From positions 1-24,282 of the IMG/VR virus record IMGVR_UViG_3300042347_000370: a stretch of DNA of 24,282 nucleotides; one strand, given 5' to 3'. Under the pieces are notes generated by a model. It was given only the letters and a program-made list of their open reading frames with translations, was not told the origin of the DNA and did no database searches. The stretch comes from a virus. Lineage: Duplodnaviria; Caudoviricetes. This document shows, piece by piece, positions 1 through 8,519 of the stretch. The position numbers and the translations under genes are program-made. Position 1 is the first letter of the stretch, and each line of letters opens with the position of its first letter.

Positions 1-162
1 CACGCTAAGGCTGCACTAGTTAGCATGGTTGGAGCACTTGAGGAAGTGGCTTTGGCTGTGTCAGCTAATTCTGAAAATAAGATCGATGACGTTGTAGTAC
101 CTGTACTTGCAGGTCCTGCTAAGCAAGCGTTGATCGATTTGATTAACGGAATCAAAATCTAA
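1..162 (+). CDS. 3' end of a small late gene (possibly holin-like or lysis-associated), truncated at window start
   Basis: Frame 1 is open from base 1 to TAA at 160-162 (HAKAALVSMVGALEEVALAVSANSENKIDDVVVPVLAGPAKQALIDLINGIKI). The next ATG is 2 nt later. Function is inferred from position only. Confidence 0.55.
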   Translation, partial: HAKAALVSMVGALEEVALAVSANSENKIDDVVVPVLAGPAKQALIDLINGIKI

Positions 163-164
163 GC

Positions 165-506
165 ATGAGCTTAGTTGACGTGGGCCTGGATGAACTCCGG
201 GCTCGTCTCATTAAGGCAGCGAAAGATAGAGTTATAAAGTCTATTCTTAAGAGTGCCCCCTGGTTCATCGTCACCCCTGGTGTTGGCACGTTAACTAACA
301 TGCTGATCGATTGGGTACTAGATAAGACCTACGACAAGGCCGAAGTATTGGCTTATTGGCAGCTTGTTGACTTAGTAAAAAATAGCCAGAATAGGACAGC
401 ACATGAAAAAGCAGAAGCCTTCTACAAAAACCCCACGTCGGAAACTAAACAAGCTCTTATTGATGCTGCTCGCGACCTTGTTCGGCTGCGCCTTACCAAG
501 CCCTAG
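165..506 (+). CDS. Hypothetical protein, possible inner-membrane spanin partner
   Basis: 113-aa ORF closely following the upstream gene. It has a weakly hydrophobic segment (PWFIVTPGVGTLTNMLIDWVL), and its 3' end overlaps a lipoprotein ORF in another frame. Confidence 0.5.
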   Translation: MSLVDVGLDELRARLIKAAKDRVIKSILKSAPWFIVTPGVGTLTNMLIDWVLDKTYDKAEVLAYWQLVDLVKNSQNRTAHEKAEAFYKNPTSETKQALIDAARDLVRLRLTKP

Positions 507-789
507 AGTACCCATGTACCTCGACTTCGGGGATACAGGACAGGAGCTATGGACACTGCCTGGCAAACCAGAGAGGGAAGTGTCAGGTCCAGAATGGACA
601 AGCATAAAACAAAAATCATTTGTCATACCTTTTGATTCATGGACCGAGATTTCTAAATTTATTTTGAAAGTGTGCAAGGATTGGCAACGCTGCACAGAAG
701 AAGAAGTCCCCCAAGTGGAGGACAACCTTAGTAAGATCAATGCTATTATGCTGGAGAAGCAGTCTTATTTAGAAGCCACGGTTCAATAA
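403..789 (+). CDS. Lipoprotein, candidate o-spanin (Rz1-like)
   Basis: Basic N-region, hydrophobic core LLLMLLATLF and lipobox LFG|C, followed by a Pro-rich segment and two more Cys. It overlaps the upstream gene by 104 nt and lies next to the endolysin. Confidence 0.55.
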   Translation: MKKQKPSTKTPRRKLNKLLLMLLATLFGCALPSPRVPMYLDFGDTGQELWTLPGKPEREVSGPEWTSIKQKSFVIPFDSWTEISKFILKVCKDWQRCTEEEVPQVEDNLSKINAIMLEKQSYLEATVQ

Positions 790-1315
790 AGCCAAGTAGC
801 TGCATGTCCCCATATCCTCTGTTACTTCTAAGTTTCTGAAACACACCATTGCCTTCGCGGTTAAGACCTGTGTCAGCATCTGTGTTGCCCTCGATAGTAA
901 CGAATGATCCATCTTGCTTTACTTCAGCAACTATCCCAGTGTGGCCATTGCTGTTGTTCTTATTCTTCCAGATCACGATAGATCCTACGGTAGGCTTAAT
1001 CGATCGACACCGCACATCCGTCTTGTTAAACACAGTTACGCAGTGCTCAGAGGCGAATAGAGCGTTAGCCATGATCCCTTTAACTTGGGGGTGGGCTATC
1101 TCAAACTGGCGTAGGGCATTGATAATACACGATTGAACAAAGGCCATGCACCACGGCTCTTTGACCGCTTGTCCATCCACTGCCTTCTGAAAGATCTCAA
1201 CGATCTGTCCGACATTGTTTCCCCCTCGCTCAGTCACGCCTACCCACCTGCGGGCTTCGTGGACCACGAGATTGTTAATCACATCGCTCAAGTTAATATT
1301 TACTGCATTAGCCAT
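746..1315 (-). CDS. CHAP-domain peptidoglycan hydrolase (endolysin)
   Basis: Motifs GVTE-GGNN, PWCMAFV (catalytic Cys), GHTGIV (catalytic His) and TIEGNT. Confidence 0.88.
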   Translation of the reverse strand: MANAVNINLSDVINNLVVHEARRWVGVTERGGNNVGQIVEIFQKAVDGQAVKEPWCMAFVQSCIINALRQFEIAHPQVKGIMANALFASEHCVTVFNKTDVRCRSIKPTVGSIVIWKNKNNSNGHTGIVAEVKQDGSFVTIEGNTDADTGLNREGNGVFQKLRSNRGYGDMQLLGFIEPWLLNKTASPA

Positions 1316-1598
1316 TTAGAAGCTCCTCTATACATTCGTCTAAGTTATCAGGTGTGACCACTCTTGCGATCCCCCCTGCGGTTTTAATATTATCTAGTAC
1401 GTACTTTTGTAGCTGGGTTACGTCGTTTCGTCCAACCTTAAGTTCCCAAGCGAAGAACTTTCCTTTGTAACAGATCAGCATGTCAGGCACCCCACGTAGG
1501 GCCACCTGTTGTATCTTTACGTGCCAGAGTTCTTTGATTGAACTCAGCCTGCTTTGTACTTTCATTTTAAACCTAGTCTCAGGATTTACTCTAGGCAT
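1308..1598 (-). CDS. VRR-NUC (PD-(D/E)XK) nuclease, Holliday junction resolvase-like
   Basis: N-terminal PE motif, GVPDMLI, WELK and downstream TQLQ; 96 aa; lies in the replication arm. Confidence 0.88.
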   Translation of the reverse strand: MPRVNPETRFKMKVQSRLSSIKELWHVKIQQVALRGVPDMLICYKGKFFAWELKVGRNDVTQLQKYVLDNIKTAGGIARVVTPDNLDECIEELLNG

Positions 1599-1873
1599 TG
1601 AACCACTCCAGGGAGAAGGTCAGGGGCGTCCGGTGGACTTAAGAACAGATGTAACGATTCGTTACGTACCTTCGGCTTTGCTGTCGTGTACGTACGAGGC
1701 ACGGACCTTCTAAACTTCTTTAGTAGGTACTCGTATCGGGGTTCATTTCTAAGGAAGCGTGCTTCGTAGCTCTGGCTAATGCCAGCCCTACCACGTGCAC
1801 TGCCCACACTCCATCCTTCGATAAGTAAGGATTGGAATGCTGCAATCTTTTCTTCTACTTCAGTGGACATCAT
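1586..1873 (-). CDS. Hypothetical protein
   Basis: 95-aa ORF overlapping both neighbours in the tightly packed leftward operon. Confidence 0.55.
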   Translation of the reverse strand: MMSTEVEEKIAAFQSLLIEGWSVGSARGRAGISQSYEARFLRNEPRYEYLLKKFRRSVPRTYTTAKPKVRNESLHLFLSPPDAPDLLPGVVQCLE

Positions 1874-2168
1874 TAGGCACTGCCTTTATGTTTGCACGTC
1901 TTTTAGCCACACACTTACTGCAGGTGCATTCATCGTTAGGGTCTCCATTTAATTGTTCAAAGTACCCCGACTCAACAAGCAACTGCACGGTAAGCTGTAC
2001 AAACATCATCGCTCCGCTGACTGCGCGGTTAGGTGCTATGCCCTTGTCCATGAAGTACTTCTTCAAGTCTACGGAAATTTGCTCGGCTTCTTCTTTAGTA
2101 GCTCCAAGTGCTTCTGGTCCTATCTCTATCATTCTATCCCCCTCACGTTGTACCCTAATAGTCCCCAT
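1860..2168 (-). CDS. Hypothetical protein with C-terminal CxCxxC
   Basis: ORF tiles the operon and contains ECTCSKC. The start is uncertain; the downstream Met of MIEIG is possible. Confidence 0.6.
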   Translation of the reverse strand: MGTIRVQREGDRMIEIGPEALGATKEEAEQISVDLKKYFMDKGIAPNRAVSGAMMFVQLTVQLLVESGYFEQLNGDPNDECTCSKCVAKRRANIKAVPNDVH

Positions 2169-2434
2169 ACCTCAAACCCTGGATTGACCACACTGTCTGA
2201 TGCAAGGAATACTAATCCTAATTGATTGTTCTTATAGTCGTGGGCAAAGCGCACCACTTCTAGTTTCTTTTCTTTAAATTTACGACGAATGTAATCGCGA
2301 TACCCCAGTGGGTCGTCATCGGTCTTAGGTGCAGAAGCTATATCCAAGTTGGTGATCGACACCATCACTGGTGTGTACGTGCGCTTTAGCTTCTCAAACT
2401 TTTTAAACATCGTTACGTCTATGCTGCGTGCCAT
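2129..2434 (-). CDS. Hypothetical protein
   Basis: 101-aa ORF overlapping the polymerase stop region and the next gene. Confidence 0.6.
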   Translation of the reverse strand: MARSIDVTMFKKFEKLKRTYTPVMVSITNLDIASAPKTDDDPLGYRDYIRRKFKEKKLEVVRFAHDYKNNQLGLVFLASDSVVNPGFEVWGLLGYNVRGIE

Positions 2435-4122
2435 TTTCTCATATCCCTTTCTGCTAAACTAATTTCGCTTTCTGATACGTCAACGATAAGTCTCATCATA
2501 CCAGTGCGGCTAATGTACTGTGATTCCATTATCTCTTTAATATCTAAAATCCATTGTGATGGGGCATCGATAGGTACTTCAAAGATTAATTGGTCATGTA
2601 TCTGCAGTACCATTGTACAATCTAATTTGCTGATGTACTCGTCAATCTCAATCATTGCTTTTTTCACTACGTCAGCCCCACCACTTTGAATTAAATGGTT
2701 AGGTAAAGCGTAGCAAAACTCCCTGTCTGCGTAAAGCTTTCTTCCCGACCAACTCCTAACATAGCCCCTACCTCTCCCCACTGCTATAACATCATTAACT
2801 AACTGCTCAACTTTAGGTAAGGCCATGAAATATTTATTCTTAAGTCTTGTTGCTTCCTCTACTGAGATGCCAAGCATCGCAGCAATCTTATTAACCCCTG
2901 CTCCGTACAAGATAGCGAAGTTCAAAGTCTTTGCATACTTGCGCGACACACCAAACATATCGGCTGTGACCTGATGAAAGTCTGCTCCCCCCATCACTGC
3001 AGTGATTACGTGCATCTCACCTGCGTAGTCCGCCATCATACGGTACTCCATTTGAGAGAAGTCCATAGAGATGTACTTGTACCCCGGACGTGGCCTGAAG
3101 CAACCACGAATCACGAACTCCGAGTCACTCCCTTCTTCTTTAGGAATGTTCTGAAGGTTCGGGTCACTGTAGCTAAAGCGTCCAGTACGTGTACCTGCTT
3201 GCCACATGGCTGGGTGTATGATTCCACCACGATCCTTTAGGTTAAGGTACGATTCATAGTAGGTGTTAATTCTTTTCTTATAGGTTCTCATCTCTCTGAT
3301 TAGTGAGAGTTTCTTTCTGTCTTCATCGCATGTGTACGTATCTTTAAGGATGTCCTCGATCACATCATCTGTTACTGATGGATTGCCCTTCTCTGTCGTA
3401 GGCAATATGTACATTATATTTTTCTGAATGCTCTTAGCCGAGTCCACGAATTCTGTGCCAGCTACTTCTTTCCATAGGTTCATCTTTTCTTTTAGCTGGT
3501 GGCTTTCCCTATGGTATCCAGCTAGGGTGTACTCTTGGTTGAGCATCAGCCCTGTGCGCTCCATTCGATAGCAAACTGGTGTGAGCCTTGCTTCCATGTG
3601 CATAAGCTTAAGGTCATCAGCGTCCGCTTTCTCGAAGTACTCTATGCCTAACCGTCTCGTGATGCGTGAGTCAAGTAGGGCGTACTTCTTAAGTATGCTT
3701 CTGTCCACCTTGTCGTAGCGTGGAACTTTATATTCTTGTCCGAAGAAATTGCGCCGGGTCTCATAATGTTTCCCGGCTTTGATCGCCTCTTCCACTGCAG
3801 TGGATTTCTCCATGCCGTGGCGCTTGGCTTGGGCGGCTAATGAGTACTGCATATAGTCGTTACGAAGTATGCGTGCCATGAACGTTGTGTCGAATACGTT
3901 CTTTTTTGTTAGGTCTATTCCCCAGTGTGATAGCATTCTATATTCAAATTTTGAATTTTGGCAGATGATTTTGTCTGCCGCCATTACTAGCTCCGCAGCT
4001 TCTTTAGGGTCCTCGGTGTAGTAGTCAGCATCAGCAGTGGACACAGTAACGCAGAATGGTCTGTCTGTTTCTTCAAGCCCAGTTGTTTCACAGTCTAGCC
4101 CGATTATCATATATGCGTCCAT
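2419..4122 (-). CDS. polA: DNA polymerase family A with 3'-5' exonuclease domain
   Basis: ExoI GLDCETTG, ExoIII YALLD, TGRFSYSDPNLQNIP, motif A DFSQMEYR, motif B RKYAKTLNFAILYG, motif C LQIHDQL. The start may be the ATG at 4110, which overlaps the HNH stop as ATGA. Confidence 0.97.
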   Translation of the reverse strand: MDAYMIIGLDCETTGLEETDRPFCVTVSTADADYYTEDPKEAAELVMAADKIICQNSKFEYRMLSHWGIDLTKKNVFDTTFMARILRNDYMQYSLAAQAKRHGMEKSTAVEEAIKAGKHYETRRNFFGQEYKVPRYDKVDRSILKKYALLDSRITRRLGIEYFEKADADDLKLMHMEARLTPVCYRMERTGLMLNQEYTLAGYHRESHQLKEKMNLWKEVAGTEFVDSAKSIQKNIMYILPTTEKGNPSVTDDVIEDILKDTYTCDEDRKKLSLIREMRTYKKRINTYYESYLNLKDRGGIIHPAMWQAGTRTGRFSYSDPNLQNIPKEEGSDSEFVIRGCFRPRPGYKYISMDFSQMEYRMMADYAGEMHVITAVMGGADFHQVTADMFGVSRKYAKTLNFAILYGAGVNKIAAMLGISVEEATRLKNKYFMALPKVEQLVNDVIAVGRGRGYVRSWSGRKLYADREFCYALPNHLIQSGGADVVKKAMIEIDEYISKLDCTMVLQIHDQLIFEVPIDAPSQWILDIKEIMESQYISRTGMMRLIVDVSESEISLAERDMRKWHAA

Positions 4123-4592
4123 GTTCTTCTGTTTACGATATAAGAAACTGTAGATCGTGGTACTCTAAATCTTTCTGACACTTCTTTTATCAGAGCACCT
4201 TTATCAAACATCTTCCGCATATCTAAAACGATTGAGTCGGTTAGATTACTTCTACCACTTTTTGCTCCGTGGTTCGGTGTTCGCAATCCTGTCCTATACG
4301 CGTGGGAAATATTATGAGAGCAGTTACTCTCTTCTAAGTTTTCTATCCTATTGTTTAGTTTGTTTCCGTCTATGTGATTGATCTGAACAGGAGGGTAGCC
4401 CTTGTGAAAAACCCACACCAGTTGATGCACTAGAAATGCATACCTAATAGGTGTGCAGACATGAACTAATAAGTATCCGCTATTCTGTTGGCGACTTACT
4501 AATGGCATACCGTTAATGCCCAGTATAGTTCCATTGCTATTAACTGAGTAGCCTCTATCAAATGCCTTTTTAGCCATACTAAAGTTCTTCAC
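4107..4592 (-). CDS. Free-standing HNH homing endonuclease with C-terminal HTH
   Basis: VHQLVW...INHIDGNKLNNRIENLE...HN (HNH_3-type) and a C-terminal IKEVSERFRVPRSTVSYIV HTH. Confidence 0.9.
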   Translation of the reverse strand: MKNFSMAKKAFDRGYSVNSNGTILGINGMPLVSRQQNSGYLLVHVCTPIRYAFLVHQLVWVFHKGYPPVQINHIDGNKLNNRIENLEESNCSHNISHAYRTGLRTPNHGAKSGRSNLTDSIVLDMRKMFDKGALIKEVSERFRVPRSTVSYIVNRRTWTHI

Positions 4593-4609
4593 TTGGGCAC
4601 CCTTTTGAT

Positions 4610-4819
4610 TTACTTCTTAGCTTTACGTAAGATAGTCTTACGTGGCTTAGCTTCAACCACTGCAGTCTTCTGTACTGCTAGTGCATCTGTCATAATTGTG
4701 TTGATCACTCGTGATCGTGTTACACCTAGCTCTTGCGCCTTAGCGTTGATTGCTTTGTGTGTTGCTTTCTCGAAGGTAACTTGAGAGTTAACCTTATCTT
4801 TAATTGGATACGTTTGCAT
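4610..4819 (-). CDS. Small DNA-binding protein, ribbon-helix-helix (Arc/CopG-like)
   Basis: Alternating strand SQVTF, helix KATHKAINAKAQELG and second helix VTRSRVINTIM, with a basic tail. SD TAGGAG lies upstream. Confidence 0.65.
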   Translation of the reverse strand: MQTYPIKDKVNSQVTFEKATHKAINAKAQELGVTRSRVINTIMTDALAVQKTAVVEAKPRKTILRKAKK

Positions 4820-5591
4820 TGTATGCTCCTATTGTTGCTGTTTGAAATGGGAACTGTCCCACTTCTTTTAAATCACATTCTTTAATTCTTCTAACCCAGG
4901 TCTTCTCGAACACCCTGCTATCACCCTTTGCTTTCTCCCATGAAAATCCATGAGCCTTAGCTAGGTCCGTTGACTTGCCCCCGTCTTCCCAAGGCTTCTG
5001 AACTTTAGCACGTAGGTACACGTAGGGTGAGTTACGGTATGCTAGTAACTTGTCCAGAGTTGCACCGCTTGCCACTAACATCTGTCGCATTAGTTCCACA
5101 TCTGCAATCGCTCGGTGCAAGGTGCTTGGGTCAACTGGCACGCCGTGGTCTAATGCTACGTGCATCAGCTTCCATGACTTACACTTGTAGTTGGGCTTGT
5201 GATCTTTCAATGCACATGCCCAATTAATTGCCATGCCTTGTTCAATCGGTAGGCCCTGTCTATTTAGTTCAGCTGCCCACATGTTACGATCAAACTCCTC
5301 ATTGTAGGCTATAATCTTTTCAACTTCGTGGCGTTGAATAAGCTTAGTCACTTCATTAAAAGCGAAAGCTGGTGACTCACCAGCCTCAACTAATTCTGCA
5401 GTGGTGATGCCTGTAAGCTCCGTTATCTCCTCAGTAATGACTGGGTAGGATTGATCCCACACCAATGTGTTGAATCCTTCCTCAACATCCTGAAAATCCT
5501 CAGACACTACCATTGCTCCGATTTCTGTGATCCTATCGTTAGCAAAGTCTAGGCCAGTGGTCTCGGTATCTAACAATAGAACCTTACGCAT
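4800..5591 (-). CDS. DEDDh 3'-5' exonuclease (DnaQ/epsilon-like)
   Basis: LLDTETTG, AYNEEFD and HRAIAD motifs. Confidence 0.92.
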   Translation of the reverse strand: MRKVLLLDTETTGLDFANDRITEIGAMVVSEDFQDVEEGFNTLVWDQSYPVITEEITELTGITTAELVEAGESPAFAFNEVTKLIQRHEVEKIIAYNEEFDRNMWAAELNRQGLPIEQGMAINWACALKDHKPNYKCKSWKLMHVALDHGVPVDPSTLHRAIADVELMRQMLVASGATLDKLLAYRNSPYVYLRAKVQKPWEDGGKSTDLAKAHGFSWEKAKGDSRVFEKTWVRRIKECDLKEVGQFPFQTATIGAYNANVSN

Positions 5592-6373
5592 TAGAACCGA
5601 CCAGCTGACTGTGTCTCTGGGCTTACTGGTTGTGCTGTAGCTGCGCCATTGTCCGACTCATCTACTACCACATTAGTGCCACCCTTAGCGATCATGTTGT
5701 ACCAGTACTTAGCTTCTTCTACGTACTCCGCTGGCGTGTTACCCACTGGCACCACTGCAGTTTGTACATAGATTTGGTTCTTATCATTCTTAACTTTCTC
5801 ACCTGTCAATGCCATGATCACACCAGCTGGGGACTTCTTAGCCATCTTGTTACGTACGTACATGAGGTTCAATAATATCTGCCCTGCCTTGTACGATGTA
5901 GACTGAAAGCTAATAGTAACTGGCATAGCGGACGCTGTCTTAACCTGTGATAGTAATAGACAGAAGAAGTCTAAGCGACGGATACGCTTTTGTTCTGTGC
6001 CATCAGCAAGGGTTACGTTCCACTCCATGTTGTCATTGTAGTCAGGGTGCGTAGGGTCTTCGACTACTGGCAGGGTCTTAACCCATTCGTAGTTCTGCTC
6101 ACCTGCTTTCTTTTCCTGAATGCTCCACATCTTACGAACGTGGAATGGGATGAACTCAACACGTGCACTAGCGATGTCTCCGTATAGTTCCTTAGTTAAA
6201 GAGTCGCGGAACTCGCCGATCTTTGCGCCGTCTTCAGTAACCTGAATGCTCATCGGCTGCATGGTTAGAACCTTTGAGATCAGTAAGTCCTTACCTACAT
6301 TAACGTCATCGCCCCACTGAACAACATCAGTGCTAACTGCATTCTCTTGTCTTGGTACAACTTCATTACTCAT
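5591..6373 (-). CDS. Probable single-stranded DNA-binding or recombination protein
   Basis: 260 aa, beta-rich, with an acidic low-complexity tail ending in Phe. It lies between helicase and exonuclease. SD AAGGAG. Confidence 0.5.
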   Translation of the reverse strand: MSNEVVPRQENAVSTDVVQWGDDVNVGKDLLISKVLTMQPMSIQVTEDGAKIGEFRDSLTKELYGDIASARVEFIPFHVRKMWSIQEKKAGEQNYEWVKTLPVVEDPTHPDYNDNMEWNVTLADGTEQKRIRRLDFFCLLLSQVKTASAMPVTISFQSTSYKAGQILLNLMYVRNKMAKKSPAGVIMALTGEKVKNDKNQIYVQTAVVPVGNTPAEYVEEAKYWYNMIAKGGTNVVVDESDNGAATAQPVSPETQSAGRF

Positions 6374-6612
6374 TGCTCTAACTCCTTAAATACGTTGTAT
6401 GCTTTACCTTTGCGTAAGAAGTACTCTTGCTTCTGTGTTACTGCATAGACTACTCCAGTGCTAGTCAGTACCTCACTGCCTTTGTCTGTGTCCACGATGC
6501 ACACTATGTGTGGGATGTGTAACAAGATCTCGCCACCTGCTGGCGCTACCTCACCTTTAGCTGCTACCTTTGATTGTAGCGTAGCGCGTACTACGAATGT
6601 TTCTCTGCTCAT
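6370..6612 (-). CDS. Hypothetical protein
   Basis: SD AAAGGAG; TAATG and ATGA coupling to both neighbours. Confidence 0.7.
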   Translation of the reverse strand: MSRETFVVRATLQSKVAAKGEVAPAGGEILLHIPHIVCIVDTDKGSEVLTSTGVVYAVTQKQEYFLRKGKAYNVFKELEQ

Positions 6613-7079
6613 TATGACTCCTTTCTAAAGCCTAATATTTCTGTTGATGTTGGTTGACCTAAGCCAGGGATGTTCAATGCACCTGCGTCGATCTCTTTCT
6701 TTGCCCATGAATTAAGTGTTGCACTGTTAATGCTAATCATAGACCGTAGTACTTCTTCTCCGTACTTAGTCCTGATGTAGTTAAACAACTGCACTTTGTC
6801 CTCACCTGTCTTAGGGGTTGTGAAGTTCTGACGGTGCGATATGTATGCAGTGCCAGCACCAGGGGTTGTGAACTTGTCGCGGTTAACTACCTTAAGTAGC
6901 CCGATCAACTTAGCTTCCACTTCCTTTACTGCCGCTGCCTTCCTATCATACTCTTGCTCCGCTGTATCCTTCGCAATCCTAGCCGATGAAAGTTCTCTGA
7001 TGAACTGGTCAAGTTGCTCAAGCCTATCTTGAGGGACCTCTGCTTGTGGTTCATCCCACAAATCTAATTGATTTTCCAT
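6612..7079 (-). CDS. Phage replication-module protein with N-terminal coiled coil
   Basis: 155 aa with a helical N-half and C-terminal LNSW...IPGL. Preceded by AAAGGTAGG. Confidence 0.7.
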   Translation of the reverse strand: MENQLDLWDEPQAEVPQDRLEQLDQFIRELSSARIAKDTAEQEYDRKAAAVKEVEAKLIGLLKVVNRDKFTTPGAGTAYISHRQNFTTPKTGEDKVQLFNYIRTKYGEEVLRSMISINSATLNSWAKKEIDAGALNIPGLGQPTSTEILGFRKES

Positions 7080-7085
7080 TGTTGC

Positions 7086-8519
7086 CTACCTTTCGTTTAC
7101 ATCCCACTGCAGTATGGAATCTGCAACGGATTGTTTATTCACTAATGCTTCTGATACCAGCTCGTCTATAGTGCCGCGAGTAATTATATCTATGCGTGTA
7201 ACCTTTTCATGTACCTCGCTGCCTGCTCTATAATTACGTGCCTCTGACTGAAGGTCAGCTTCAAGGCTAAAGTTCTTAGAGTAATAGATAGAGTAGCTTG
7301 CCTCGACTAGGTTCACACCTACACCAGCTGCACTCTGGTTTGCTATCATAACCCTGACACTATCATCGTGCCTAAAGTTATTCATGTTCTTCTCACGTGC
7401 TGCGTGAGCTATGTCCCCATGTATCTCTCTATAGTTTATACCTAAGCTGCGGCATAACTCTGCAATCATTAGGTAGTTCTCTTTGAAGTTGGCCCAGACT
7501 ATAACCTTGTGTTGTGGCGTTAGGTCAACAAGTAAATCCTTTAGCACCTTGAGTCGTGGTACATTATCCAGTCGGTGTACTGTACCTATCTCATCCTTTA
7601 CAAATCCAGTCACCAACTGCTGTAGTCTTAGTGCCTTCGTTACTGCCAGCTGTGCTACCACGGCACGTGGTTCGTTGTGCTTAGATGTAAGCCACGTGAT
7701 GTACTCCTTAGCCATCTCTTTGTACATCCTGCTTTGGTCCGCGTTCATCTCACAGTACACTTCCTGTCTTACTAACGGAGGTAGGTCTAAGCATTCAGAC
7801 TTAAGTACACGTATGGCCTTAGCTGATATTTTATCCTGCAATTCTCCGAAGGTGAAAGGCTTGGGTGTCCACTTAGGAAAGTATCCTTGTGATCCTTTTC
7901 GCCCTGCGTTCTCGTCTTCAAAGTATAGATGCCTAAATGTATAGAAGTTCTTGCCAAAGGTATCACCTCTATCAAGCACACGGAACTGCATGAATATATC
8001 CTGCGATGAATTCAATATGGGTGTACCTGTTAGGATGTAGTTCGACTCAGTAATGTCAGCAAGCTGTACCACTTTCTTCGCACGTATAGAGTCGGGGTTC
8101 TTAAGCTTCTGTGATTCGTCACACACCATGATCTCAGGCTGCCACTGCAGTAGTGCGTTGAACACGTCATTCATCTCTACAGTTTCATAGTTAGTTATGA
8201 TGATCTTGTTTCGTTTTAGATCCTGCCCTAGCTCTTTGACTAAGGACATGAGCCTTCGCTTACCACTACCTGATAGTACCACGATGTCCGACTGGGGTAT
8301 CTTAGAGTACATAGCGAATTCTTTCTTCCAATTCTCACACACTATGATCGGGCAGAATATAATCGTGCGTCGTACCCTGTTAGCTGCGGCGTACTTACGC
8401 CTTATGATTTCAATCAGTGTGCGTGTCTTACCTGTACCCTGCTCGAAGAACAAACCAAGGTCACGCAGTGCTAACCCTGCATTGATGCCCACTGCCTGAT
8501 GTTTCCAAAGTTCTTTCAT
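7086..8519 (-). CDS. SNF2-family (SF2) helicase
   Basis: Walker A EQGTGKT, Walker B VCDESQ, motif III LTGTP, motif V AAGVGVNL and motif VI QSEARNYRAG. Confidence 0.95.
   Translation of the reverse strand: MKELWKHQAVGINAGLALRDLGLFFEQGTGKTRTLIEIIRRKYAAANRVRRTIIFCPIIVCENWKKEFAMYSKIPQSDIVVLSGSGKRRLMSLVKELGQDLKRNKIIITNYETVEMNDVFNALLQWQPEIMVCDESQKLKNPDSIRAKKVVQLADITESNYILTGTPILNSSQDIFMQFRVLDRGDTFGKNFYTFRHLYFEDENAGRKGSQGYFPKWTPKPFTFGELQDKISAKAIRVLKSECLDLPPLVRQEVYCEMNADQSRMYKEMAKEYITWLTSKHNEPRAVVAQLAVTKALRLQQLVTGFVKDEIGTVHRLDNVPRLKVLKDLLVDLTPQHKVIVWANFKENYLMIAELCRSLGINYREIHGDIAHAAREKNMNNFRHDDSVRVMIANQSAAGVGVNLVEASYSIYYSKNFSLEADLQSEARNYRAGSEVHEKVTRIDIITRGTIDELVSEALVNKQSVADSILQWDVNER

Noticed and set aside
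2419-4592. Group I intron or intein associated with the HNH and polA
   Set aside because: polA is one uninterrupted ORF with all motifs at normal spacing, and the HNH lies outside it.
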